Source: Piromyces finnis finn (taxonomy: Eukaryota; Fungi; Neocallimastigomycota). From it: a stretch of 64,000 nt of DNA. The DNA lies in NCBI GenBank assembly GCA_002104945.1, contig MCFH01000063.1, forward strand, positions 232,420 to 296,419. The letters run 5' to 3'. The translations under genes were made by a program, and so were the position numbers. This document shows positions 36,978-49,701 of this stretch, in pieces. The notes beneath the pieces were generated by a model. The model saw only the letters and a list, made by a program, of their open reading frames with translations, ran no database searches and was not told the origin of the DNA. Each line of letters opens with the position of its first letter. Position 1 is the first letter of the stretch.

Positions 36978-38904
36978 ACTATCATAAATATCATAGTAAC
37001 TAAGACTGGTTTATAAAGAATATAAAAAAAAGTATAAAATGTAATAGAATAAATTATAATAATCATAAAATATTTTATTACATAAAAATATTAAATATGG
37101 CAAGAAATAATCTTTGATCTAATTTAAATTAAATCATTTTATTTTACTTTAAATTTGTTTTATTTTTTTTAAAAGTGTTAAATTATAGGTGAAATATAGT
37201 ATATCACCAAACTTAAAAATAAAAAGTTATTATTTTTCTTATCTTTATTTTCATTGAATAACCAATAGAAATTCGTTATTTTCTCAATTCATTGTAATAC
37301 TAGTTACACAAAATAGATTAATTTTAATGAAGAATGAAAACATAATATTTAATTTATAATTTTTTTGTTTTAAAATTTGCGGTCTTTTCAATCTATTATA
37401 AATTAAAAGATTTTTAATTTAAAATTTAATTTATTTTTCTCATTTTCATTTCTATATTTCTATTGTTACCTTATTTTTTAATTTATTTTTGGGTTACAAA
37501 AAAAATTAAAAAATTAATCCAAGATAAATTTTTTTATATGTAAATTTAATATTTGCGGTTTTTTTTTAATATTATTAGAATCAAATAAATGGCAAATTTG
37601 AACATTAAGAGAAGGTAAAAATTGTAAAAAGTGAAAAGTAGAAAAAAAAAAAAGTCTAATAATAATATGCTTTTAGTTAATCTAATAAAATAAATAATAA
37701 AACAATGACTTAAACTTTAATGGTTATATAAATATTAAAAGCTAAAAAATTGGTAAATATTTTTGTATTAAAGTATTCATTTATATTTATTAAATACTAG
37801 TATCTATACAATCATGTAATTAGCATCATTTTATAGTTTTACTAAGCATCTTAATGAAGAAATTACTTTAGTATATATTAAAGAACTTTTATAAATATTA
37901 AAATTAATAGAAACTTTAATTTCAACTTAAGGAAAAAATCAATAACTATTAATGAACATTATTTATAATGTCAATGAGATTTCAAATTATATGATACTGG
38001 CGGTCAATCCAGAAGAATAATTATTATGGGTAGAAATTATTATCATTCTTAAACTACTTTATCATAATATAATTTAAAGTAGTAGAATAAAATTACTAGG
38101 ATTATCTAGAATGGAAAAATATTAATAGCACGTTCCATTAATAGTTGTAATACTTTGGCTTCCCAATGTAGACATGAAAAATAAATTAATAATAATGAAA
38201 TTACTGATGATATAAACCCAATAGGCAATGAAAGGGATAGTAGATTAAAAAAAATATATTTAAATTATATTGCAACTAAGAAAGGAAAAATTAGAATTTT
38301 TATCAGAAAATTTAGATAAATTTAGCAATGAAGAAATTAAGAAAGAAAAAAAAAGAAAGAAAAAGATTTAAAAATTTTATTAATATTGATAGATGTAGAT
38401 GTATGATGTATACTATATTAAATTTATGTAATTCATGCTTTTGAGATAGCAACTATATTAATAAAAGAATGCTAAAGGATTACAATAGATGATTCTTAAA
38501 GTTACCTGTGTTAATAATAATAATAATGACAATAAAATTTTGGTTAAACTTAAAGAAAATTCATCAAATTAAAAATATAAATATATTAAATATACAACTA
38601 TTTTAATATTTTAGATATAATAGCTAATCCTAATCACTATCTAAACATTAAAATTCATCAAATAATTTCGTATAAAGAGTATTATTGTTATTAATAAAAT
38701 TGGTCAAAAAAAAAAAAAAAATATTTTATATATTTTTTATTATTATTACCTATATATATATTTAACATTTTTATGCCTAGTAATAATTAATTTTATTAAT
38801 GATTGAATGGAATATATACAGCTTAATAATAATAATAATAATAAGGTTATTATTATTAATTAACTAATTAATTAAATATTAAACTTAAAGCTATCTTTGA
38901 TATT

Positions 38905-39155
38905 TTTTGTATTACATTTTAATAGTAAAATCAACTATTTTTATATACAAATAAAAGGAAATGGTAAAGATTATTTATTTAGTTATTTGGTTAATTAGAA
39001 AGATAAACTTGACATGTTTCGAATATTTCCATTATTTGATTATTTGTAAGTGGTTGGTTTTGTCCAAAAAGTAGCTGGAAAGTTATTTAATTTGTTTTTA
39101 TGTAAGTCTATTTTTTCTAAGGATTTAATTTGAGAAATAAGTAATGGTATTTCTG
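38905..39155 (-). pseudogene. Inverted, internally deleted duplicate of the 3' end of the LRR gene and its 3' flank
   Basis: The reverse complement matches ~33675-33767 joined directly to ~33920-34088. Confidence 0.85.
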
Positions 39156-39707
39156 ATATGTAAATATTTTTTTATGATTTATTAATCAGTCCTTTTTCCA
39201 CTTTTTATATATTATTGGAATATTAAAAAAGTGTTATAAAGAAAAGAACATTTACATTTTTTATTACTGTTTCTAATTAATAAATATATTCTATTTATGT
39301 TTTGTTGATAATATTTTTCATTATATTTTGAAAATATTTTATATTCTTTAAAAAGTCTTTTATTTTTTACTTTGAATAACTAAAAAAAATTACGAATGAA
39401 GAAAAATATATATATATAATATTTAATAAAATATTATAAAAGTTACTAAATTAATAATAATAATAATATTTAAATCAAAAATTGCTAATCTATATACTTC
39501 AATATTCTCTTAAAAATAAACTGTTCATTATCTACAAACAATGATTATTCAAGTAACCTTTTTTATCTTTTTTTTAATTAGAATTAATATTTATTATATA
39601 TAAAATAAATAAGAAAGGAAAAAAGAAAATTGGAGGTATTAAATAAAAAATAAAAAATATATTACTTTAATACTCAGAATGAAAAAAAAATTTTTTCATT
39701 AATTATT

Positions 39708-40085
39708 AAAAATAAAAAATAAAAAATAAAAAATAAAAAATAAAAAATAAAAAATAAAAAATAAAAAATAAAAAATAAAAAATAAAAAATAAAAAATAAA
39801 AAATAAAAAATAAAAAATAAAAAATAAAAAATAAAAAATAAAAAATAAAAAATAAAAAATAAAAAATAAAAAATAAAAAATAAAAAATAAAAAATAAAAA
39901 ATAAAAAATAAAAAATAAAAAATAAAAAATAAAAAATAAAAAATAAAAAATAAAAAATAAAAAATAAAAAATAAAAAATAAAAAATAAAAAATAAAAAAT
40001 AAAAAATAAAAAATAAAAAATAAAAAATAAAAAATAAAAAATAAAAAATAAAAAAATAAAAAATAAAAAATAAAAAATAAAAAAT
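39708..40085. repeat. (TAAAAAA)n heptamer array, ~54 units
   Basis: Directly visible. Confidence 0.95.
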
Positions 40086-40529
40086 AATAAATTTTAATTA
40101 ATCGATTTTTTTATGCTATTATACTACTCATAACAAAATAACAAATAACCAATGAAAAAAAAAACTTTTTATTAATTATTTAATAAAAAAAAAGATTTTT
40201 TTATTTATATATTTTTTTTTCTTAATATTAAATTTAATAATAATAATTTTGATCATAAATAACAAATTTAAATAGATCAACTCTACCATATTAAATATTT
40301 TTTTATTTATGGTGATTATATATTTTAGTATCGTTGGACTTTATTATCTTAATTAACATAATTAGAATACATTATACTCTTTTTTTTTTTTTTTTGTATT
40401 TATTTTTAAATCTAGTTTTTTCAAATTTTTAATTTTTTTTAATTTTTTTTTTTATATTTTTTTTAAACATTTTAAATTTATTTTAATAAATATTTATATA
40501 AATAAAAAAAATTTATTAATTAAAAGAAT

Positions 40530-40663
40530 TTTTTATTTTTTTTTTTTTATTTTTATTTTTTATTTTTTATTTTTTATTTTTTATTTTTTATTTTTTATTT
40601 TTTATTTTTTATTTTTTATTTTTTATTTTTTATTTTTTATTTTTTATTTTTTATTTTTTATTT

Positions 40664-40700
<37 letters not shown>

Positions 40701-40863
40701 ATTTTTTATTTTTTATTTTTTATTTTTTATTTTTTATTTTTTATTTTTTATTTTTTATTTTTTATTTTTTATTTTTTATTTTTTATTTTTTATTTTTTAT
40801 TTTTTATTTTTTATTTTTTATTTTTTATTTTTTATTTTTTATTTTTTATTTTTTATTTTTTTT
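40530..40863. repeat. (TTTTTTA)n heptamer array, ~47 units, inverted relative to 39708-40085
   Basis: Directly visible. Confidence 0.95.
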
Positions 40864-41618
40864 ACTCACCATCAAAATCTCAATATACACCAACATCAAA
40901 ACCTTACTACAATTTTTTTTATGGGTAAAAATGGTGATTTATATTTTATATTAATTAAAGTTTCTAAATATTTAATATTGAAATGATAATGGTTACACGT
41001 AATAAATTAAATTTTATGAATATTAAATGATAATGGTTACACATAATAAATTAATTAAATTTTCTTTTTCTTATGGATTATTCATCATTTTGAGTATTAA
41101 AGCAATAACTTTCCAGGTTATAAAAACTTTTCTATTAGCAAAAGTAAGGTTTTTAATTCTTTCTTTCCCTCTAATGTTCATACCCAAAGATTTTAAAAAT
41201 AAAATTTTCATAGTATAGTTTTTATTTATTTGTTTAAATTCGTCTAATTTAATGTTAATATTAATATTGGTTCAAAATAAAATGTCCTCAATTGAAATTG
41301 ATAAATGCCCTGATGTTTAAAAAAAACACTTTATTCACTTAATAAAAAGTGATAAAATAATAATAATGAATAATAGAATTAAAAGTATATAGTTTTAAAA
41401 ATATTTATATTTATTCATTTTATTTTTATTTTTTTTTTATTTTTTTTATAGTATTACATATGTAAATGATGCTTAAATAATTAGGATAAAACCAAGTAAT
41501 CTTGTTCTTGTTTTTTTTATCATAAATATTTAGGCATCATTTTTCTTTTTTTTTTTTTTTTTTTTTAAATTTTATAAATTTTTAATAGATTCTTTAATAC
41601 AACAACAATAAAACAATA

Positions 41619-41657
<39 letters not shown>

Positions 41658-41879
41658 ATACTATTATATTTAAAAATACATAATAATATTAAAGTGTCAG
41701 CATTGTTTTTTGATGGTCTACTACTTTAATAAGAATACTAAGATTCTTCTAATGAATTATGTTTTTAGAAGAAATGTAATAATGAAATTTTATTTGATAG
41801 ACAATTCTTAATTAATTCTTATTTTAATTATTTGGAATTATATTCATAGTTACTTTTTTTTTTTTTTAAAAATAAAATA

Positions 41880-42307
41880 ATAAATAATAAATATTACTTA
41901 TTCTTGTTTAAATGAATTGCTTTCTAATTTTCTTGTTTTATCCGATTCTTCAATATCTTTAATAAGATCTTTGGCAAATGATGTATAAATGGCCTTTTTT
42001 AAAGTCAAATAGAAACATTGCAAAATCATTAAAATATTATAATTTTTATAAATAAATAAAAAAAAAGATACATTAATAAATATTTATATATAAATAAAGT
42101 TTTTTTTTTTCTTAAATAACTTACAAAAAGTAATTCAATAATAATATTAGAAACTATTTTAGTATAAAAGCAAATATTAATTATTTTTTTTATATCATCC
42201 ACGGTATCAAAATATTGAGGATCTTTTTTTTCATATACAAGTGTTGCCAATTCATCAATATTTCTTTTCATTTTAAAAGCTGGGACGCAAATAAATGTAA
42301 GAAGCAC
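41880..42307 (-). CDS. 3' exons of a probable membrane protein (upstream exons unresolved)
   Basis: Exon-like ORF ...IINICFYTKIVSNIIIELLF ends at a GTAAG donor. A further segment ILQCFYLTLKKAIYTSFAKDLIKDIEES lies at ~41900-42028. Confidence 0.4.
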
Positions 42308-42993
42308 TTGATTAAATGATGAAAAACAACTATTAAAAATAATTAAAAAGTTTTTCTTTTTCTTTTAAAAGATGAATTTTAATAAATAAATAAATAAATA
42401 AATAAAAAAATCAATATTAGGTATATTTTTTTTCATTTCTAAATAAAATTTATTATAATATTTAATTATGAATTATGTAAAAGGAATATTCTGGATTATA
42501 ATTACCTTTTGTTTCCCATATTCTATTTTATACTAGAATTACCTACCAAAAAAGAATTTTCTTATGCTATATTTTTAACCATAAATTTTTTTTATTTTAT
42601 TACGATTGGGCAGTTAAACTAATTTTAAAAATAATTCCCTACAACAAATTGTACATCACCATAATTATACATATTGGGGGTTCATCCACCACAAGAAAAA
42701 TAATATGGAAAACCCATGAATTATTATAATACAACACTCTTTTAACATTTCTTTTTTTTTTTTTTTTATTATTAAATATTATTATAAAAAATTTACAACA
42801 AAATATTTACAATGTATTTATTATTATTATTATTATTATTATTTTTACAAAAGATGATGATAAATAAAAAATAATAAATAATTTTATAAATAATTGTTAA
42901 CTATACAATAAATAAAAAAAGATAGATGATATTAAATGTATTTAAAATTATACATATTCTAAAAAAAATTAAAGCTTTTTAACTAGGTAAAAT

Positions 42994-43539
42994 TTAAGCC
43001 TTTGTACAGGTTTCAGATTTTAAGTAAGCTAAACCTTCCTTGTACCATTTTAAGTAAAGGTCAGAGGAAGCCTTTTGATACTTTGTATTAGAAAGAGTAG
43101 TTTGAATAGATTCAATGGTAAGACGAGTACATTCCTTAGATTGACAGGTAGAAGTGATAGCCTTTTTGAAATCTTGTTCAGTGAGTTGTTTAGTAGTAAT
43201 TAAAATATCACCGAATGGACAGTATTGACCATCACTTTCCATGTGACAATATAAATTGTTATCAGCATGCTTTTCCTTAACAAATTGAATTAAGGATTCC
43301 TTTTCATTTTCATTAATATTTTGACATTCTTCTTCAACAGTTAATGGGTTAACAAAGAAAGCTTGACATTTCTTAGAAAGAGAATCAACACAAGCTTGTT
43401 CTCTGTCTTCACCAACTTCAGCAGTACAGGCAGAAGTTATATTTAAAATTTGACTTTTACATTTTTCAAAACTAGCTAATGGAGCAGCAAGAGTAGAAGT
43501 AACAGCGAATAAAGTAAATAAAGCAGTAGAAAATTTCAT
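42994..43539 (-). CDS. Small secreted cysteine-rich protein (181 aa)
   Basis: Signal MKFSTALFTLFAVTSTLA; evenly spaced Cys; biased codon usage; intronless. Confidence 0.85.
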   Translation of the reverse strand: MKFSTALFTLFAVTSTLAAPLASFEKCKSQILNITSACTAEVGEDREQACVDSLSKKCQAFFVNPLTVEEECQNINENEKESLIQFVKEKHADNNLYCHMESDGQYCPFGDILITTKQLTEQDFKKAITSTCQSKECTRLTIESIQTTLSNTKYQKASSDLYLKWYKEGLAYLKSETCTKA

Positions 43540-45999
43540 TTTTGAATTCTTGAGATAATAAATGGGAATGAATAAAATTGCTTACTTAAATTTGAATAGT
43601 TTTATTTACAAAAATAAAAATTGTTAATGTTTTTTCCTTTTTTTTTTATTTATTTATTTACAATGATAAATTTGAATAATTACTTTTATCTTTTAAATAT
43701 TAAATAATTCGATAATAATAATAAAAAAAGAAAAAAAAAGAAAAACTTTTCCTTTTTATATTTTTTTTATTTTTGCCAAATTTTAATTTTTCTTTTTCCA
43801 AAATTAAAAAATTTGCGGTACATCATTAAAAAAGTTGCCGCATCTGCCGTTTTATTTATTAATAAATTAAATTTTTTAAAAATTTTAATATTCTATTAAT
43901 TTATTTTTTGTGTAATTTTAATTAAAATAAAAGTTTAAATCATATTAAAGTTAGAGTTTGTTCTATTCTACTATTGGATAAAATATAAATGAATTTAAAT
44001 TATTTATTTAAATCATTAATTTTTATTCATTGATTTATCATTAATTTAATAATAATTTATTTAAATTTATAATATTATTTATTTAATTTAAATTAAAAAC
44101 AATACACAGAAAAAATATAAATGAAATAAATTTAAATAAGAATTATTGGATATCTAATTAAATGAATATATAAATAATAAATTTAATAAATTTCAATAAT
44201 AATAAATGTATTAATAAATAAATAAATAATAATGATTAATAAAATTAATATTTAATTATTTTAATAATAAAAGAATATATAAAAGGAATATATAGTATAA
44301 TGCAATATAATAAAAAAAGTGTTTCTAATTAAATAATTATATTTATTTAATATATTTAATATATTTAATATTTTATTAATAATATTAATAATAATAAAAA
44401 TGAATAATATTTAATAAATAATAAATAATATTATTATTTATTATTTATTAATATTTATTTTATTATTAATATTGAATAATATTGAATAGTAACAATATAA
44501 TAATAAATAATAAATAATAATAATTAGAGTAATAATATGATATCAATTATATAAATTATAAACCTTAATTATTATAAATTTATCCAATTTATAATAATGC
44601 CATAAAACCCATAAATTTATTTATTATTTCACTTAAATGATATAATTGTGGCATATATTAAATCCATGATTATCACGAGAAATCTTTTACATAAATAAAT
44701 GTTATTTCTTATTTTATTTATGTTTATATACATGATTATTGACATTACTATATTTATATTATTACGAGAGAACTACTTTTCGTTACATTCTATTACATGT
44801 ATTTATACATTTACATTGTGACTTAAGCATTTAAATCAATACAATATATACAAATATATACAAATACATTTCAATACATTTCAATATAGTTTCACATTTC
44901 ACATATTCTAACCTTCCCCCTCAAACCTAGTTTTTCTCAATAGAAAAATTTGGTTTGCTAGTAAATATGTGTTTTTCATTATTACTTAAACTACTAACTA
45001 TAACTAAATCTAATGTTTAAAATTTTATATTTCAATAATTGAAATTTAATATATTTTACATGGCTAATTGATTTAAAGAATTTATATATTACCCTATAAC
45101 TTTATGGATAAATGGAAAAAACTTTTTGTATCGTTGGGTAATTTTAATATTTTAAAATTTTTGGATTGAATATTCATAAAGTATTATACCATCCATTAAG
45201 GATTGAAAGCCCTTCTGGTTTTACATTATCCCATATACTATTTTGGTTATCTCTCTGAGATTTACACAGTAGTATATTGATAACACATGGTTTTTTCTCT
45301 TTGATTTTACGTTCTTTCAACAACTCATGGTTCATCTCTTTTGGTTTTACATTCTCTTAACAACTCATGGTTAACCTCCTTAGTTTTACGTCCTTTTAAT
45401 AACTCATGTTTCACTCTTTAGTTTTTGTCAATTTTATGATTTTGTATTCTTTAATAACATAACATAGTTTTTTATATTTATTCATTAACTTTCAATAAAT
45501 TTTAATTGGTGTCTTTATAGTTATTTAGTTTATACATATTGAATTATAATATTTTCTTTTAGGTACTTTTCCTTCCTTTTATACATTTGTATTGGTTAAT
45601 TATTCTTATAATATTTAAGAATAATTTAAATTTGTATTTGATATTTCTATTTTTTTTTTTTTACGTATTGAATTTTATATATTTTCTAATTTTAATGTTT
45701 TAATTCATTCTTTCTATGTATTAAGCCTTAGTTTCTAAATACTATTTTAATTATTTCCATTTCCAATGCTTAACTAAAAACAAATATTGCTTTCTTGAAT
45801 TTTAAATTTCATATGTCTACTATTTCCCCCTCAAATCTAGATATTTAGTTATAAATATTTAGATTTGAAAATGAGAAATTTAAATTTCATAATTTAGTCA
45901 TATCATCTTCCCAGAGTATGTAATGAACGTAATATATTTATATATAGTGGGTTATATTCTTTTTTTTTGGCAATTACTTTTAAAGTTTTTAGAATAAAA

Positions 46000-46323
46000 T
46001 TAAAAGTAAATTTCCTTCGTTTTTTCAATATAAATATCTTTATCATCAAACACCGATGTGTTTAGATAAAATCTTTCTATAAAAGGTTCATACGAAAGGA
46101 ATTTTTCAATAATTTTATAATTATGAAATAAAACGTCTGAAACACAATTTTTATAATAATCATTATCATTTATAGATTCATATTCACATATTTTAAGATC
46201 GAAAAATTTATAAAACATATTGTTATCCCCATCATAAATACATCTTTCATAATTTTTTGTATTTGAAATTGAAATGATATATACAAATAAATAATATATT
46301 AATATGAGAGAAGGATCACACAT
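46000..46323 (-). CDS. Hypothetical protein (107 aa), possibly truncated
   Basis: ORF with a hydrophobic N-terminus and plausible composition. No family recognised. Confidence 0.4.
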   Translation of the reverse strand: MCDPSLILIYYLFVYIISISNTKNYERCIYDGDNNMFYKFFDLKICEYESINDNDYYKNCVSDVLFHNYKIIEKFLSYEPFIERFYLNTSVFDDKDIYIEKTKEIYF

Positions 46324-46893
46324 TTTTTTATTAATAAAATTGGTTTTTTATTGTATTTTCAATAATTAATGTTTTTTTTTATAATTTCTATAAACATTTT
46401 ATTTAAAAAGTCATATTTAATCTTTTTTTTTTTTTTATTTTTAAAGTCCTTTTAAATAATTTTCATTTTATTAGAAAAAAAAAAATTAAATTTATTTGTA
46501 ACAAATGATTAACATTAAAAATATTGAACATTTTTTTTAAAAAAAAAAAACATTCAAACATTATCAATTGATTATTTTAATGTTATTATTTTTAAATTCT
46601 ACACTATTGAATGTGGTGTTGTCAAAAAGGATGAATAACTTTTGTAAAGTCTTTTTGGTTATCAAAATATTTATTTTTTTATTTTTTTATTTATTATAAT
46701 CATATCTACTTTCAAAAAATCAATAAAATAATCTTTAATTTGTACTACATTAAAAGATATAATAATAATAATAAATAAAGTTATATTATTAATTTAAAAT
46801 TAATTTATTTAAAAGAAATTTATGAATTTTTTTTTTTTTTTTTAAGCATTAAAGAAATTTTCAAAATAGAAGCATTTTAGAATAATAAGCAAT

Positions 46894-47099
46894 AGACAAT
46901 TGAAATCTCATGAAATGTCATTAGTAAAGTTTTAGACAATTGAAATCTCATGAAATGTCATTAATATAATGAATTATAAAATTGGGATTTCATAAAGTGT
47001 CATTAGTAAAGTTTTTAGAAAATTGGGATTTCATAAAGTGTCATTAGTAAAGTTTTTAGAAAATTGAGATTTCATAAAGTGTCATTAGTAAAGTTTTAG
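46894..47099. repeat. ~41-bp minisatellite with two unit types
   Basis: Two copies of agacaattgaaatctcatgaaatgtcatta, then three of aaaattg(g/a)gatttcataaagtgtcattagtaaagttt(t)tag. Confidence 0.9.
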
Positions 47100-48789
47100 G
47101 AATAGATTAATGAATAACAACAATTTATTATGAATTAAAATAACAAGTAAATATTTTATTTTTTTTAAAAAAAAAAAAAGACTTTAAATAAATGATGTTT
47201 ATATAATTAATAGAAAAGAAAATAAAATTGGAATTTGGCTACATTCATTTATTTTTTTATAAAATAAAAAAGAAAATACATTATTTGAATTTTTTTAATA
47301 CAATTATCATATTTAACTGTTTTACTTTTTCACTATTTATTTCTAATTCATCTAATAATTAAAAACAATATTAAAACCTTGTAAATATGATCTAATTATG
47401 TAAATAAATATTAATAATTAATATCCTTTTATTTATTGGAAAAAAAAAGCAATTCAAACACCATTAATATTTATATACATTTTAAAATTGTTAATAATGA
47501 TTAGTTTTAGGATATAAAATAATTTTTTCTTTTTTAAAATGAATCTATCATGTTAGAAAAAAGTGGATCAGAATTTGCATCATCGTCATATATATTCAAG
47601 TCTAATGAAAAGTGGATTATTCATTAATTACAATCTAATTAGAATAGTTTAGAAATATAAGAAAATGACTTAATTCACTTGACCTCATTTTTTTTTTTTT
47701 ATGCACATAATACCTTTCTCTCATACATTAGAGGATGGATGATGGTGAAATCTTGAATGCTCATTTAATACTTAGTCTTAACCCTCTTAGTTTATCATAA
47801 TAAATAGTCATCCTTAAAGGTGCTAATCCCACATATATATAACTAACAATACTATTATTTTTTTTTCTAATAATATGACTTTGTCATATCCATTCCTTTA
47901 GTATCAAGTATCAAAAGATGCGATATTAAAATTTTTATGAAAAAGTAATATTGCTCTGGGGGTTTTTTGAATTGTTTACCTAAATAATAACATATGATTA
48001 ATCTTCTAATTTGAAATGTCATAGATACATTAAACATTTTCCAGTTGGCAAGATAATTTTGTATTTTGAAATTCTTGAATAATATTTTAAATGAACATCA
48101 TAATTCATAATCCAATCCATAGTAAAGCCTATTGTAAAATCTAAAAGTACACTGATTTACTTGATCGAACCAGAAGTTTTATACATGTTAAGACAAGACT
48201 TAACAACAAGATAAAAACTAGAACAACTGATTACATCATACAAAATAAATTACATATTGTAATTTCTAAAGAAATTTTGATACATATATGTATTTAATAT
48301 TTAAATACGAATAATGTTAATAAAATATTTAATTTTATAAATATTTTTTTATAAAAAAAATCAATAATTGATATATTACTTTTTATTTGTTTTATTTTAT
48401 TCATCTCTTAAAGCGTCTTTTTGTTGAATTGTTATTATTTCAACTTCTTCCATTTCATTTTAGTGCATCTTTTCTTCCGAATCATATACTATCCCAACAA
48501 TACATTGAACAGCCGATACAACAAATTATTAAGCAGATATATAAAAAAAAAAAGTCGACAATAAAAATATATATATAATAAGGATGAAATGTTGAAAATT
48601 TTATTGTATACTGAATATTTAATATTATCAGCTGAGGAAGATAATAAATAAAAAAATATAAATAATATGACTGACCAAATAATAAAACTGTTATCAAAAT
48701 AAAGGTGAAGAAAATAAATTATAATTAGATGAATCCGAATCAACAGAAAAAGATGAAAATTTAAATAGAAATACATAAAATTAAAATAT

Positions 48790-49210
48790 TAAATAATATT
48801 AATGAAAGTAATAAGAAATATGTTAAAAATTCAAATGATAAAGATTTAGAAGGTTTTATTGCTTTCTAAAGCTTTATCTATTACAAAAGATAAAACGATT
48901 AAAAAAATTGGTTGATGGCATTTTTGAAAAAAAGGTTGACAAAATTTATAAAATTTAAAATGAATATTTATCAAAATTCAGTGCATACCACTTATATGCT
49001 AAATCCAAAATGTATGAAAATGTTTATCAAGTATTATTAATGCAAATATTTTAATTTTTTTGAAATTATTGGGTTAACCGCAGAAGAAAATAATGGATAT
49101 GGTAGATATGATTTCGGGTTTCCTAGTAAAAATAATGAAGTAAAAGAATATATTTTAATTGAAATTAAAGAAATTTCAACAGTTGAAAGAAATAAAATGC
49201 AAAAGTTTTT
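48790..49210 (+). pseudogene. Remnant of a PD-(D/E)XK nuclease domain (type found C-terminal to AAA-ATPase-like domains)
   Basis: Translation YENVYQVLLMQIF*FFEIIGLTAEENNGYGRYDFGFP...YILIEIK fits E..Y....E...G.GR.D....IE.K. Stops and frameshifts present. Confidence 0.6.
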
Positions 49211-49701
49211 TTTTTTTTTTAGTTAATGGAAATTAAAACTTTGAAGAAAAACAAAAAATATTTTAATCAAGAAAAAAAAATAAAAAATTTCTATAATACA
49301 TTATCTACACGTGAGCATCTATACATTCAAAAAGTGTTAAAAAAGAAAATAAAAACCAGGGAACCTATATACAATATACACCGGAAATGTGCCTTTTTTG
49401 TAATTAATATTACATATATAAAAAATTATTACCAAAACAAATTTCACAAATATTTATTATTCATATTATTCTTTAAATTTCATTTAATAATAATTTTTAT
49501 AAAAAGGAAAAAGGAAAAATTATAAATAAAAACTATTTATTATATTTTACTTTATATGTTAATATTTCATTTTTATTACTTTTTTTTCTTTTTTTTTTTT
49601 TCTTTTTTTCTTTTTTTTCTCTATCTATTTTTTATATAGTTATACATAGTTTTATTTTTTTTTCATTTTCAATCTACATCTTGAATATATTTTAGTGTAA
49701 T

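Noticed and set aside
46894-47099. CRISPR-like array
   Set aside because: Units are adjacent with no unique spacers, no cas genes are present, and the context is eukaryotic.
48387-49525. Short hydrophobic or Lys-rich ORFs (48387-48578, 48482-48697, 48489-48776, 49226-49525)
   Set aside because: Composition reflects AT-rich non-coding DNA; no motifs recognised.
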